A DNA stretch of 64,000 bases. It comes from an uncultured delta proteobacterium (GTDB lineage Bacteria; Desulfobacterota; Desulfomonilia; UBA1062). A program made the translations under genes and the position numbers. Below, one piece after another: positions 51,699-62,804 of the stretch. The notes under the pieces were generated by a model. The model did not search any database and was not told where the DNA came from. It worked only from the letters and a program-made list of their open reading frames with translations. The stretch is taken from NCBI GenBank assembly GCA_963752595.1, contig CAVVYZ010000005.1:64001-128000 (forward strand). The letters are read 5' to 3'. Every line of letters starts with the position of its first letter. The stretch's first letter is position 1.

Positions 51699-51839
51699 AT
51701 GCACGCCCCGCTGATACAATGCAGCTGGTCCGGAATTGCATTCCTCATCAGCTCCTTTTATACTCTATATTCTCTCAACAGGAAACTCCATGAATATTTC
51801 GAAGCAGATGCATGTATCCGCCGCTTCAAAGTAATCTCG

Positions 51840-52385
51840 TCAGGGAATCACGACCCCGGCGCCAGGGCTCATTTTCCTCTCAATATAAGAGACGATCTCC
51901 CTCAGGAACTCAGGGTTATTGGTGTAGATGGGTGAGGTGATGATGTTCCCGTCAACCACCACGGGCACTTTATGCTGATAGAATGCCCCGGCATTGCGGA
52001 GATCGGCTTCCAGCGTCCAGTAGGCTGTGACCTTCTTACCCTTGACGACGCCGGCATTGATCAGTACCCACGGGCCGTGGCATATGGCTGCAATCAGCTT
52101 CCTGCTCTTGTCCATCTCACTGACGAACCGGACCACCTCGGGCATGATGCGGAGCTTATCCGGTGCTGCAACGCCTCCGGGGATCACCACAACATCGAAC
52201 TCATCTGCATCCAGATCCTTTACGGACATGGTGGCATCGGCAGGCACACCGTATTCTCCATACGCGATCTCTCCATCCGGCGTAGCCACTTCAACCCGGC
52301 ACATTATTTCCTTGAGCCGGTAGTAAGGGTATAAGAATTCTTCATCCTGAAAACCCTGTGCTGTGATAATGACAGCTGTAATCAT
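51840..52385 (-). CDS. DJ-1/PfpI family protein
   Basis: GFQDEEF.YP, IPGG, AAICHGPW. Confidence 0.9.
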   Translation of the reverse strand: MITAVIITAQGFQDEEFLYPYYRLKEIMCRVEVATPDGEIAYGEYGVPADATMSVKDLDADEFDVVVIPGGVAAPDKLRIMPEVVRFVSEMDKSRKLIAAICHGPWVLINAGVVKGKKVTAYWTLEADLRNAGAFYQHKVPVVVDGNIITSPIYTNNPEFLREIVSYIERKMSPGAGVVIP

Positions 52386-52502
52386 ATGGTATCCTCCTTG
52401 AGAAGAATCATAGAGAGGAACGGGCAAGGCCTGCATAAGGTCTTGCCCGTAATGATACGTTGGATATGCCGCAAATCGGCAGCCGCTATCTTTTAAGAGA
52501 GA

Positions 52503-53687
52503 TCAGGATTCCGTGAACAAGATGGTGTACCCTCCGTTGATGGTAAAAGATCTTCTTTGCTCAGGTGTAAAGGTTCCCTCGGTTTCTTCCTCGATCTCGG
52601 TGTGTACGAGATCGGTAAAAATCACACCGCCCGTGCTTACCTGTTCGGGCCCGAAACCGAACTGCGTCATTACATCCACACTGTCCCTCTGCTCGGTATC
52701 CTTTATAAACCCGACAAGGTCGATCTGCCCGTTCATCAGATCGTCGATGATCCCTTCATCGGCATTGTCCCAACACTGCACAAAATTCCACCGGAAGCTG
52801 TCTCCGGCCCCGAGAAGACCGTCGTTATCGGTGTCGAGCCAGGTGAGCGTACGGGAAGATTCATCGGAAGAGCTTTCGGGGAATGTTCCGCAATCGAATG
52901 ACACGCTCCCGCTGCTTTCGAGTACATCTGCGCGGGCATTAATGGTATCTGTGGTCCTTGCCACGAAAATGGCCTGCTCGGCGAGTTCTTCGAGGACGAA
53001 AAAGGCCAGGCATGTTTTCTGCTGCCAGGGATAGATATTCCCATCCACGAGATCTTCAAAGGCGTCGAAATCATAAAAGACCGTCTCGCCATCATTCCTG
53101 CTCATATTTATGCCCACATTGCCATCGTTATTGACAAAGGCAGCATTGACTTTATTCCCATCATAGAAAAGCGAGAGCGAGCCCTGTGTGGGAAAATCAT
53201 CCTGGACTCCGGGGAGGCCGTCCTGAAATACGATCGGGTCTTCTACAAGGATGCTGAAATCCGTATCTGTCATCTCGCCCCAGAAGTTGCTCAGGACAAC
53301 ACGAAATGTCGAGCCGTCATTGAAGGTCACCTGCCTTGTCTGGGGATCATAGGTGCCGGTTATAGGATTATCGCTGCTGGTCCGTACCTGAAGCGTCCTA
53401 TCGCCTTGTGATCCAGGAATAGGCTGGGAAAGGGTCAGAAACGGATCGGTTGTATTTATGCTGAGGGTGAAATTGTAGAGATCGAGCATTTCCGGACCTA
53501 CCGGAGGCTGTTCGCCGTTATCTTCTTCCGACTGGTTTTCATCTCCCTGCTGGTCATTGTTTGCCTGCTCATCACGTGCTGCAGGATCGCTGTTGTGATG
53601 ATCACTGTGGCTGCAGGATGTGAGCATGATCGAAGAAACAATGAGTAAGACGAACACCACGAATATTTTCCGAAATCTTCTCTCCAT
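52503..53687 (-). CDS. Acidic lipoprotein of unknown function
   Basis: Lipobox LTSC; AAGGAG RBS; acidic linker. Confidence 0.75.
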   Translation of the reverse strand: MERRFRKIFVVFVLLIVSSIMLTSCSHSDHHNSDPAARDEQANNDQQGDENQSEEDNGEQPPVGPEMLDLYNFTLSINTTDPFLTLSQPIPGSQGDRTLQVRTSSDNPITGTYDPQTRQVTFNDGSTFRVVLSNFWGEMTDTDFSILVEDPIVFQDGLPGVQDDFPTQGSLSLFYDGNKVNAAFVNNDGNVGINMSRNDGETVFYDFDAFEDLVDGNIYPWQQKTCLAFFVLEELAEQAIFVARTTDTINARADVLESSGSVSFDCGTFPESSSDESSRTLTWLDTDNDGLLGAGDSFRWNFVQCWDNADEGIIDDLMNGQIDLVGFIKDTEQRDSVDVMTQFGFGPEQVSTGGVIFTDLVHTEIEEETEGTFTPEQRRSFTINGGYTILFTES

Positions 53688-54258
53688 GTTTTTCTCCTTT
53701 CTTACCGGTTCTGGTATGGTTTTCATCATCTCTTAAAGGCACCATACCGGCCCTTGAAGTAGGTATGCGGGTTTTGTGCACCGGCACGGAGCAGGTACAA
53801 AGGTCTCGGAATCGGGTTCGATTGGATTCGTACAGGGATACCCTGCAAAGGAATGGGGGAAACAGGCGTTATAGCCCATTGATTCGAACCTCCTCTCACA
53901 TGTCGTGCCTCAAAGCCCTGAGTAAATTCTTTCATGCATACCGGCATTCATAAAAGGTGCTCTCTCGATATATTCCAAGGATGTTTCAGATCAGTCCGGG
54001 AAAGGAACAGTACGACCCTTGCCCGGTAATGAATCTATTCAGAGGTGTACCCAAGGAATAAGAAAGCTGGAGCCGGTACCTTTACTCGTGATTTTTCCAA
54101 TTGAAAGTATAATAATGATCAGGTGTCAGAGGCTCAATACTGTGAGCAGAAATCACCTTGATCACAGGGAATTATCAGGCGGACGGAGGGCAACTTCGCA
54201 CGTGGCGACTATGGAAGGTGCACAGTCGGATAACGGGAAAGCCTGTAAGCTGCTGAGC

Positions 54259-54880
54259 TCAAGGCCCGGTCTTCCGGTACTTGCCGGGCTCTATGGCCGG
54301 AGGGGTCATCATTTCCGGGTATTTCCCGGTGATGCCTGAGTAGAAAGAACTGATCTTCTCCATATCGGCTTTCATATCGCCCGTAGGGAGTCAATACCGG
54401 GCCGATGCCGCACGTCTTGCTGCGATAATCGATGAATGCCAGCACAAGAGGAACACCTGCGCCTACAGCGATATGATAGAACCCGGTTTTCCAATAGCTC
54501 GTCTTTCTCCGGGTGCCTTCCGGTGCAAGTGCAATGATCAGCCTTTCCTGCTCATGAAAAACCTGAATAATACGATCCACCATGTTCTGCGATCTGTTCC
54601 GGTTGATGGGGATACCGCCTATCCAGTGGAATAAATTGACGAAAGGAGGTTTAAAAAGATTATCTTTCCCTATCCAGTAGATCTTGGCCTTCAACACGAA
54701 TGCTGTAAGAATGCCGATGACGAAATCCCAGTTCGAGGTATGGTATGCAGCGATGATCACATATTTGGGCAAGTCCGGCAGCTGCCCTGTTACGCGCCAT
54801 CCCAATGCCTTCAGGCACACCCGGGAAAACAGCCGGAAGAAAGATCCGATGACAGGTGTCTCGAATATCGTGTACTGCAT
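54259..54880 (-). CDS. Lysophospholipid acyltransferase (PlsC-like), one frameshift near 54385
   Basis: HTSNWD, APEGTR, KTGF; C-terminus continues TGDMKADMEKI in another frame. Confidence 0.85.
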
Positions 54881-55080
54881 GAGATGATAAAGCCCCTTTC
54901 TCTTGATGAGTGTACCGGCCCTTATCATACACATCTGCAAGCCGATTGTAAAACCACCTCTTCATCAGACCGTTTTGTCATTTACATATGATTCTCACGT
55001 AGCATGCAGCACAAGTGAACAGTTTCGTGGTCAGGTTTTTGATTTCTCTTGATGGACTGACTGCATGATCTTAAAAAGTC

Positions 55081-55110
55081 CAAGAGCCGATGGGGTTCAT
55101 CGGCTCTTGG
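55081..55110. terminator. Hairpin downstream of atpZ-like gene
   Basis: CAAGAGCCGATG-loop-CATCGGCTCTTG. Confidence 0.55.
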
Positions 55111-55150
55111 GGTGTGTGGGGGTTAAAACCTTTATCAGTTGCGTATAAGA

Positions 55151-55408
55151 CTAGAGTTGATATCGGTACCTCTTGATGTTCTCCCGTGTCTTGATGAAGT
55201 CACCGTACATCCTGCCGATGCAAAGCGCGATGCCCAAGATGAACAGACCGATCATGAACCCGGGCTCCGTCCCTATCTTCTCATCGATCCACCTGCCCGC
55301 GAACAGAAACACAAACGAGGAAACAACTATGGTAAAGCTCCATGCACTCATCATCATTATGTGATTGAGGTTCCTTGCATCCTGGACCTTCTTATTCATC
55401 CGTACCAT
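55151..55408 (-). CDS. AtpZ/AtpI (ATPase gene 1)-like 2-TM protein
   Basis: TM-GRWIDEKIGTEP-TM pattern; AGGAGG RBS. Confidence 0.72.
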   Translation of the reverse strand: MVRMNKKVQDARNLNHIMMMSAWSFTIVVSSFVFLFAGRWIDEKIGTEPGFMIGLFILGIALCIGRMYGDFIKTRENIKRYRYQL

Positions 55409-55506
55409 ACCTGTTCCCTCCTTTCTTCTCATCCCCGCCCATAAGCCCCTTGCTCGGCTACCCTGCTCAAGGGCGGGTCCTCACCAGGTCCTTTATCCCT
55501 TCTCCC

Positions 55507-55782
55507 TTAGCTTACCAGATTCTTTACCGCTCCGATTACCGGAGCCGTGAACATCGCTACCAGCACCGCGTACAGCGCAAATGACCCAACCGCTTCGCTT
55601 AAGTACATCCTCGGATACCGGTGCTTCAATGATACGATCGTCATCCCGCCCATGATCAGACACCCAAGATGAAAGTACGGAAAGCTATCTCCTCCTGAGG
55701 TCGCATGCGCCGCAAATGCAAAACTTGACGTGATCAGTATTACAAAAAATGCTACGATTGCTGTCTGGACTGTTTTCTTCAT
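55507..55782 (-). CDS. Small membrane protein with signal peptide
   Basis: AAGGAGG RBS; signal ending AFA plus two hydrophobic helices. Confidence 0.7.
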   Translation of the reverse strand: MKKTVQTAIVAFFVILITSSFAFAAHATSGGDSFPYFHLGCLIMGGMTIVSLKHRYPRMYLSEAVGSFALYAVLVAMFTAPVIGAVKNLVS

Positions 55783-55835
55783 GGTAAGGACCCTCCTTAT
55801 TATTCTCTTTTTGTGTGCTTGCTGCCCCTTCTCTT

Positions 55836-55851
55836 AGGAAAAACCGTGCCA
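55836..55851 (-). promoter_or_regulatory. Candidate sigma54 promoter (leftward)
   Basis: Minus strand TGGCAC-GGTTT-TTCCT (imperfect -12). Confidence 0.45.
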
Positions 55852-56282
55852 ACTCTCCGCAACCATGATTTTAACCTTCCAGCTTATTGTTTTTACTCGT
55901 TTTATCAGCAGATAGCCACTGGCACCCCTAGACAAAATACACCCGCATACTCGCTAAGAATTAAATGGAATGTTCAGCCCGTTCGATGAAACGTTGAATG
56001 AAACCAGCTTCGGCCGGTGCTGAAAAGTGAAAATAAAAACTTTCATCCGGAGACATGCACGAAGCAGTAAGCATACTCCCTTTCATTCGCCAAAGAAGTT
56101 AACAGGCATATCGCATGCGATTCTGATTACCTGTCGCACTTTTCGTTCAACGAGCGGGGGAGGGATTGAACGATATGTTTAATGGAAGGGGGATGAACCG
56201 GGGAGTGTGCCGTGGGTGGGGAGGCTGGAAATTAGGTTGTAAATCAGATGGTTGGTCAGGTTTCAGGAGGGAGGTATGCGAT

Positions 56283-56298
56283 TGGCATATCTATTGCT
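56283..56298 (+). promoter_or_regulatory. Candidate sigma54 promoter for atpE
   Basis: TGGCAT-ATCTA-TTGCT, near consensus with correct spacing. Confidence 0.65.
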
Positions 56299-56377
56299 CA
56301 ATGGTAGTCAGCATTGAGAATTCATTCACTCGGTGCTTACGGTACGAAAACTATTGCACAATGAAAGGAGAAATAAC

Positions 56378-56755
56378 ATGTATCGCAATTCAGCTAAAAT
56401 TTTATTCTCTTTTGCAGCAACTGCAGCCGTCTGGATACTGGCTTCACCGGTTGCCGCCTTTGCAGCGGATGTCATCCCTCAGCAGGCGCCTTATGTAAAG
56501 GTCATCTTCTCGGTGGGCGCCATGATCGGCGCCGGCCTCGCTATCGGGCTCGGCTGTATCGGCGCTGGTGCGGGCATCGGTAATGCCGCGGCAGGTGCTT
56601 CCGAGGCAGTGGGCAGAAACCCGGCGGCTCAGGGCAAGATCATGATGACCATGATGGTCGGTATGGCCATGGCCGAGTCCATCGCCATCTACTCCCTGGT
56701 CATTTCGCTCATTCTCCTCTTTGTGAACCCGTTCAAGGCTTTCTTGTTCGGTTGA
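56378..56755 (+). CDS. atpE: F-type ATP synthase subunit c (orphan, N-terminally extended)
   Basis: GxGxGxG, GRNP loop, AMAESIAIY carboxylate; AAGGAG RBS. Confidence 0.93.
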   Translation: MYRNSAKILFSFAATAAVWILASPVAAFAADVIPQQAPYVKVIFSVGAMIGAGLAIGLGCIGAGAGIGNAAAGASEAVGRNPAAQGKIMMTMMVGMAMAESIAIYSLVISLILLFVNPFKAFLFG

Positions 56756-56879
56756 TGTGCTGAAAGTGACTGACGGGAGAATATATAATTGTTACCAGTT
56801 TCACGAACAACTAAAGTATGAACAAACCGGCGTAAGAGTTTGTAAAGAATACGCTTCAAACAATAAGGGGGAAAAATAA

Positions 56880-58182
56880 ATGCCTGAAACAATCAAAGGA
56901 AGTCGCATTCTCACGGTTGCGAGGTTATTTTTCCTGCTCGTAGTCATCCCCTTATTACTGATATCTTCCCTCATTGCCTTCAGCATTGTCCACTTCGGCG
57001 GCATGTCCAAGTCAGGGGCCATGCTGGCTCTGGATCAGAAGTCTCAAGCAGGAGATCAAGGTGCGCGCGGTCGATCTGGGCCAGAACATCGCGGATTTCC
57101 TGCGTGAGCGCCAGAAAGACGCGCTCATCGCCACCATCATTCCTGCCACTGCTTCCGCATACAAGGATTTCCTCACCACCAAGACGGGCTCCCTGTGGGT
57201 CAAAACCGACCAGGGCATCGTCAAGGAGCAGCTGCCGTTGTATGTGGAGATGTCATTTATCGACAGAAACGGCCAGGAGGTCATCAAACTGGTGGACGGC
57301 CAGGTTGTTCCGGGAAACACACTCCAGAACGTGAGCAACCCTGCCAATACGACCTATAAGTCCGAAGATTACTTCCTCAAGGCAAAGGGTCTGGACAAGG
57401 GTCAGGTGTATCTGTCTCACATGACCGGGTGGTATGTGAACAAGGCTGAATTCGAGCAAGGGAAGAGATTCAAGGGGATCATTCGAATGGCGACACCGCT
57501 GTTCGACAAGCAGGGATTCATCGGGGTAGTGGCTCTTGCCCTCGATGCACGGCACCTCGCACGATATACGGACAACATCATCCCGACCGAGTCCGAGTAT
57601 GTCATCAAGGCAGATGCCTCAACCGGCAACTATGCCTACATGGTAGACGAGAAGGGTTTCGTCATCGCCCATCCGCTCGATTACCACATAGCAGGGTTGT
57701 ACAAGGACGGCACACAGGTGCCTCCCATCAATCCCACCAACTATGACGAGATGAAGAAGCTGGGCGAAGAAGTGCTCAACCTCATCTCAATCGACGGGAT
57801 CGAGCCCGGCATGCCCGAAATAGCCAGGGAAGCCCTGGCCGGCAAGTCCGGGATCAAGACCTACAAGTTCGATGAACGCACCAAGATGGTTGCCTATGCT
57901 CCCATCCCCTTCTACTCCGCCGATTATCCCAAACCCGCAGGCTTCGGGTTCGTAGCCTTGGGCGTGGATATCGAAAAGTTCAACGAGCAGGCCAAGGTCA
58001 CTTCCGACAAGATCGAGAAAGAAGGCCAGGTCTGGCTCGCCACCATCGTCATCATCCTTTTCGGCGCCATGATCATCCTGTTCTCCATCGCCGCGATCCT
58101 CGCCAAAGGCATCAACCGCTCCATCGCCTCAGAGGTACCCCCCGATGCGCAGAAACCCCATGTATATGACGACGAAGACTAA
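56880..58182 (+). CDS. Membrane-anchored Cache-domain protein without cytoplasmic output domain (one frameshift near 57047)
   Basis: TM, YAYMVDEKGFVIAHP and MVAYAPI Cache motifs, TM, ~25-aa tail. Confidence 0.75.
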
Positions 58183-58210
58183 CTGACACATCATAAGCTC
58201 ATTCACTACG

Positions 58211-58251
58211 AAAAAAGGGAAAGGCCCCGGCTACCGGGGCCTTTCCCTTTT
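58211..58251 (+). terminator. Intrinsic terminator
   Basis: AAAAGGGAAAGGCCCCGG-CTA-CCGGGGCCTTTCCCTTTT. Confidence 0.8.
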
Positions 58252-58385
58252 AAGGATTCACGCTTTCACAAAGAAAGACCCTGACGGCTTAAAGAACAAT
58301 ACCGGCCTTGCGGTTTATTCCTCTTCAATTCTCTGCTAGACTGCAAAGCGCAGACAAAATTCCTCGTTCAAAAGGGACAGCCGCG

Positions 58386-59231
58386 ATGACGACACCGCAT
58401 ATGCTCGGAATCCTGTTCGCACTTGCCTCTGCAGTATCATGGGGCACAGGCGATTTCAGCGGAGGATTCGCCACAAAATCCCATAACCAGTTTCAGGTGC
58501 TCTTCCTCATGACTATCCCCGGAATCATTGTATTAACGCTCATCGCATATGCGGTCGGAGAGCCTTTCTCACAGGGCTCAGATGCTCTCTGGGCAGTGTC
58601 GGCAGGCCTATTGGGGGCATTCGGCATCGCATCCCTCTACCGGGGACTCTCGATGGGAAATGCTGCCGTTGTCGCACCGACAGCAGCGGTTATCGGTGCC
58701 GGCCTGCCCGTTGCCTTCAGCACTCTGTTCATCGGATTACCTGGGATATGGAAGACGCTGGGCTTCCTCACGGCGATTGCAGGGATATGGTGCGTATCGC
58801 GCCCCGTGGACGGAAAGCCGCATCTATCGAGCAAAGGCTTTATCCATGCGCTCATTGCAGGAGCCTGCTTCGGAGGATACTTCATCCTGATTGCCCAGGT
58901 TGAGCAGGGCATGATCTTTGCCCCGCTGGTATATGCCAAGATCGCGTCTCTGCTCGTCGCAGTCCTCGTCATCTTTTTCAAACGGGAGAAGCTCCCTGCG
59001 CTCACGGCAAGCCCGGTTGCCATTCTGGCCGGGGTATTCGATGCAGGAGGGAATGCGTTCTACATGCTTGCCAGACAGCACGTACGCCTCGATGTAGCTG
59101 CCGTGCTCGCATCCATGTACCCTGCCGTAACCGTGCTCCTTGCGAGCCTGGTCACCCGCGAGAATGTGGGCCGGTCCCAGTTGGCGGGCGTTGTCCTGTG
59201 CCTTGCCGCCATCGCGCTGATCAGCGCCTGA
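58386..59231 (+). CDS. EamA/DMT family transporter
   Basis: ~10 TMs; WGTGDFSGG, ASMYPAVTVLLA. Confidence 0.9.
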   Translation: MTTPHMLGILFALASAVSWGTGDFSGGFATKSHNQFQVLFLMTIPGIIVLTLIAYAVGEPFSQGSDALWAVSAGLLGAFGIASLYRGLSMGNAAVVAPTAAVIGAGLPVAFSTLFIGLPGIWKTLGFLTAIAGIWCVSRPVDGKPHLSSKGFIHALIAGACFGGYFILIAQVEQGMIFAPLVYAKIASLLVAVLVIFFKREKLPALTASPVAILAGVFDAGGNAFYMLARQHVRLDVAAVLASMYPAVTVLLASLVTRENVGRSQLAGVVLCLAAIALISA

Positions 59232-59248
59232 GATTGAAAGCATCTGCT

Positions 59249-60517
59249 TTACTGGTCGCCGTTCTTCATAAAGAGCATGGACGCATAGGTAACGGCACTG
59301 CGTGTGGCTGTTTCGTTATAGACCCTCCGGCGCAGGAGCTTCGGAGTGCAGGGCCGGAGAAGCCATGAGGAGAGCACCAGCGATGGCAGGCCGCATATAT
59401 TGCAGTAGTCTTTCGTTTCTGCGGCACAAGCAAAGATCTTTTCCGGGCTTCCTTCTTCAAGGGCTGCTATAACGGCCTCATCATATGCCTGCGCCTTCGG
59501 CAGAAGGCCTTCCGCAGGTCTGTCGTGTCCGAATTTCGGGCCTACGTGGGAGAAGTCCACCCCGGAGACGATCAGTGTCTTCAATCCTCTCTCGGCAGTC
59601 AGATCCTGCACGGCCTGTTTCATGGCAAGGAACCTGTGGTCTTTCAGCGGGTCTTTTTCCGCATGGATGAACTCGTGTATGCTGCCGCAAAGAATAGGTA
59701 CGATCTTCGGACCGTCGCCGAGATAGTGCTTGAGGAAGACCGTCTGGAACTCCACAGAATGTTCGGTTTTATGGTCGAAATCGCTCGCGGCCAAAGCCCC
59801 TTCGGGAAGCCTTGCGCGCAGCCCGGCCACGAAATCCCGGTCTGTATGCAGGGTGCCGAGTGGCGTGAGATAATCCTTGTCGGAGACTGACCAGAGCCCG
59901 TGAGAGCCGTTGTGGTTGATGCCGAAAATGATTACAAGGTCATACTGCCTGCCTTCGAGGTAGCGGTACGCGTCAACGTACGTTTCCAAGGCAATGGAGA
60001 TATCGATATGCGGGGCGAGTATGCCCAAGATATCACCGGAGAGGATCTCCTCATCCGGGGGCGGCAATTTCTGGCGGGCCTGCTCGATACACTCCCGGAG
60101 CCTTTCAGGGTCCTTCTCATAGCTTGTGCCCGCCAGGGATGCCGTACGTTCCCGGGCACGGCTGAACTCATCCAGGACAGCCTGTTTGCGGGCAAAAAAG
60201 AGCTCACTCTCGAGCAGCAGGGATTCGTCCAGCGTATGGATAAAGTCTTCGATCTCTTGAATGGGGATGATGTTTCCGCCGTTTGCATGCATAAGCTCTA
60301 TCTGGATATCCTTCACGCTGTGGGTGCCGTCGAGCATCCTCAGGAGCGGTACTACGCTTAAGTCCAGTGCTATCCCGGCCTCTGCAAGATGCAGCGGGTC
60401 GAGAAAAAAGATCATGCGCTGCTTCCCTGCAGAGACGGGAACCGGCTGAATATCGCTTCTCAACTTCAGATTGTTCACTTCATCTCCTTTTCTGAGCGGA
60501 AGATGACCGGGATTCAC
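59249..60517 (-). CDS. amrB: AmmeMemoRadiSam system protein B (MEMO1 family) with N-terminal extension
   Basis: LAGTSY, APHID, EHSVEFQ, DFSHVG, NICG; start may be the GTG near 60478. Confidence 0.85.
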   Translation of the reverse strand: MNPGHLPLRKGDEVNNLKLRSDIQPVPVSAGKQRMIFFLDPLHLAEAGIALDLSVVPLLRMLDGTHSVKDIQIELMHANGGNIIPIQEIEDFIHTLDESLLLESELFFARKQAVLDEFSRARERTASLAGTSYEKDPERLRECIEQARQKLPPPDEEILSGDILGILAPHIDISIALETYVDAYRYLEGRQYDLVIIFGINHNGSHGLWSVSDKDYLTPLGTLHTDRDFVAGLRARLPEGALAASDFDHKTEHSVEFQTVFLKHYLGDGPKIVPILCGSIHEFIHAEKDPLKDHRFLAMKQAVQDLTAERGLKTLIVSGVDFSHVGPKFGHDRPAEGLLPKAQAYDEAVIAALEEGSPEKIFACAAETKDYCNICGLPSLVLSSWLLRPCTPKLLRRRVYNETATRSAVTYASMLFMKNGDQ

Positions 60518-60616
60518 AAAGACAGGTATCCGCTTAAGGGCGTATTTCCCCTGCTGTCAAAGACCGGCGCTCTTAAAAAGGTCTGATGAGAAACAAAAAG
60601 CTTCGTGTAAGGCTGG

Positions 60617-60727
60617 TTATTCGGATTCTTCCTTGGTAACCTTTTTGCTCTTGCTCTTAGGCCTGGTCTTTCCGTTGGACCCACGCCAGATCTTTCCCCG
60701 CTTGCTCCGTTTATCACCCTTTCCCAT
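60617..60727 (-). CDS. thx: 30S ribosomal protein Thx (bTHX)
   Basis: Hand translation MGKGDKRSKRGKIWRGSNGKTRPKSKSKKVTKEESE; AGGAGG RBS; matches the MGKGDxxxxRGKIxxGxxGKxRP signature; below the ORF-track length cut-off. Confidence 0.9.
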   Translation of the reverse strand: MGKGDKRSKRGKIWRGSNGKTRPKSKSKKVTKEESE

Positions 60728-60917
60728 GTACTATCCTCCTCACTTCGTTCTTCTTGAGATGTCCTGCGCAATCAATGTCTTGGTTTGGATTCATTCAAAA
60801 CAAGTCGGCTGGTACGATGAACTCTTCACCTTTTTCCGCATGCGGCGGCATTTGTCAAGCCCTTTGAGGCATGACCGGCTCAATCCCCGCATTGCTGCTC
60901 ATACTTCCGTTGCTTGT

Positions 60918-61794
60918 TCATTGCATCTCCGTGAGCATCTGCTCAAGCTCTTCTTTGGAAAATATATAGTTCTTGCTGCAGAACTGGCAGGTGACATCCA
61001 CCGCGCCCTGATCAGCAATTATATTCCGGATCTCATCACTCCCCAGGGTGATGATGGCCTGCTCGATGCGCTCCCTGCTGCACGAACACATGAATGTAAG
61101 ATCTCGTTTCTCAATGATGTGATAGGGGACATCATCGAATATCGTCTGCAGAAGATCCTCCGGCAGCTTTCCTTCCCTGATCTGGGAAGTGACGCTGTCC
61201 ATGCTCTCGATCCGCCCGATGATATCATCGATGAGCTTCTTCTTCCGCACCCGGCAGAGATTGGATAAGAAAGCCGCCTGCCGCAGTCACCCCGGCATCG
61301 GGTCCGACAAAAACACCGAGGCCCACGGCCGAGGGGATCTGCTCGGATTCGGTATAATAGTAGGCAATATCCGAGGCAATCTCGCCATTGTAGAGGTGAA
61401 CCACGCCCCGGTAGGGCTCCTTGAGGCGCAAGTCCTTGGATACGGTGAGAAAGCCCTTCTTCCCGAGCGCACCGGATACATCGAGCTTTCCGTTCTTCGG
61501 AGGAAGGTCTACATGGGGGTTCATCACATAACCCCGCACAGTACCGTCCCCATCCGCCTCGGCGATGATCTTCTGCAAAGGTCCGTCGCCTTCGAGCTTG
61601 ATGGCAACCCTCTGCTCGGAGTCCAGGAGCGATGCCATGAGCTCACACCCGGTAAGCGCCCTTCCCAGGGCTGCCGTTGCGGTAGGATAGGTGTCGTGCC
61701 TTAAGGCTGCGTCTCTCACGAGATTCGTAGTCAGACACGCCACCCCGAGCACATCCTTCGCCCGGGTCATGATTTTCACCATATAATCATCCAT
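60918..61794 (-). CDS. hslO: Hsp33 redox-regulated chaperone (one frameshift near 61245)
   Basis: PTATAALGR, Y..ESEQIPS, AAGGFLIQ, CSCS..CQFC. Confidence 0.9.
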
Positions 61795-61910
61795 GATCCG
61801 ATCCTTTTCTTCTGTTTCGTTATGAGCTCATCGCATTGCCTGTGTGGAAAGTCATGCAAGGAGATAATTTCCGGCTTGTTTCTTTATCACGATGTGCCAT
61901 ATAGGGATAT

Positions 61911-62804
61911 ATGCCTTTTCACATTCCGGATCGCAAGGAGATCATGAATGCCATAGGGAATACCTCGGGATTAACGTTGCCGCTCCAGCGCGCACTGATG
62001 CCCGGCGATGACTTCGACCCCATTCCCCTTCCCCATCCCGGCGACTGGCTGAGCGTTCAGCAGGAGCCCGGCCAGAGCTTCGATGACTTCGTGAAATCAA
62101 ACCCCCGGAAGCCCGATAGCCGCAAGCACGTAATCTATCTCACGCCTATGGGAGAATTCACGGAAGGATCGAGCCCGCGTTTAAGGCTGCTCAAGGAATG
62201 TGCGGAAGCATACTTCATGATGGAGGTGAGGACGCTGCCCCCGGTCAAGGCAGAGCGTTCGCGTTTCACCACGCGGTCCAATCCCGTGACCGGCAACTTC
62301 CAGATCCTCACCCTTGACATCCTCACTTATCTGAAAAAGCATTCCCCGGCCGATGCCTTCTGCATGCTCGGGATTACCATGGAAGACCTCTATCCCGGGG
62401 AAGAATGGAATTTCGTATTCGGCCAGGCATCTCACAACAGCGGCGTCGGCGTATTCAGCTTTGCACGGTACGACCCTGCCTTCTACGGCAACGGCCGCGA
62501 CAACAATTATATCGAGCTTCTGAATGCGAGGAGCTGCAAAGTCCTTGTCCACGAGACAGCCCACATGTTCTCTATCAGCCACTGCATCTACTCCCACTGC
62601 CTCATGAACGGCTCCAATCACCTCGCCGAAAGCGATGCAAGGCCCATGCACCTGTGCCCGGTGTGCCTGCGCAAGCTCCACCACGCTGTCGGGTTCGATG
62701 TGGTGCATCACTACCAGAAACTCTTTTACTTCTTCCGCAGCGCAGGGTTCGACAAGGAGGCGCGCTGGGTATCGCGGAGGCTGGAGCACATCCTGGGGAA
62801 CTGA
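61911..62804 (+). CDS. Archaemetzincin (peptidase M54)
   Basis: DLYP..WNFVFGQA, HETAHMFSISHC..CLM..CPVC. Confidence 0.9.
   Translation: MPFHIPDRKEIMNAIGNTSGLTLPLQRALMPGDDFDPIPLPHPGDWLSVQQEPGQSFDDFVKSNPRKPDSRKHVIYLTPMGEFTEGSSPRLRLLKECAEAYFMMEVRTLPPVKAERSRFTTRSNPVTGNFQILTLDILTYLKKHSPADAFCMLGITMEDLYPGEEWNFVFGQASHNSGVGVFSFARYDPAFYGNGRDNNYIELLNARSCKVLVHETAHMFSISHCIYSHCLMNGSNHLAESDARPMHLCPVCLRKLHHAVGFDVVHHYQKLFYFFRSAGFDKEARWVSRRLEHILGN

Noticed and set aside
54259-61794. Single frameshifts in the PlsC-like, Cache and hslO genes
   Set aside because: One-base indels in conserved genes with no slippery-site or hairpin evidence; treated as probable sequencing errors.
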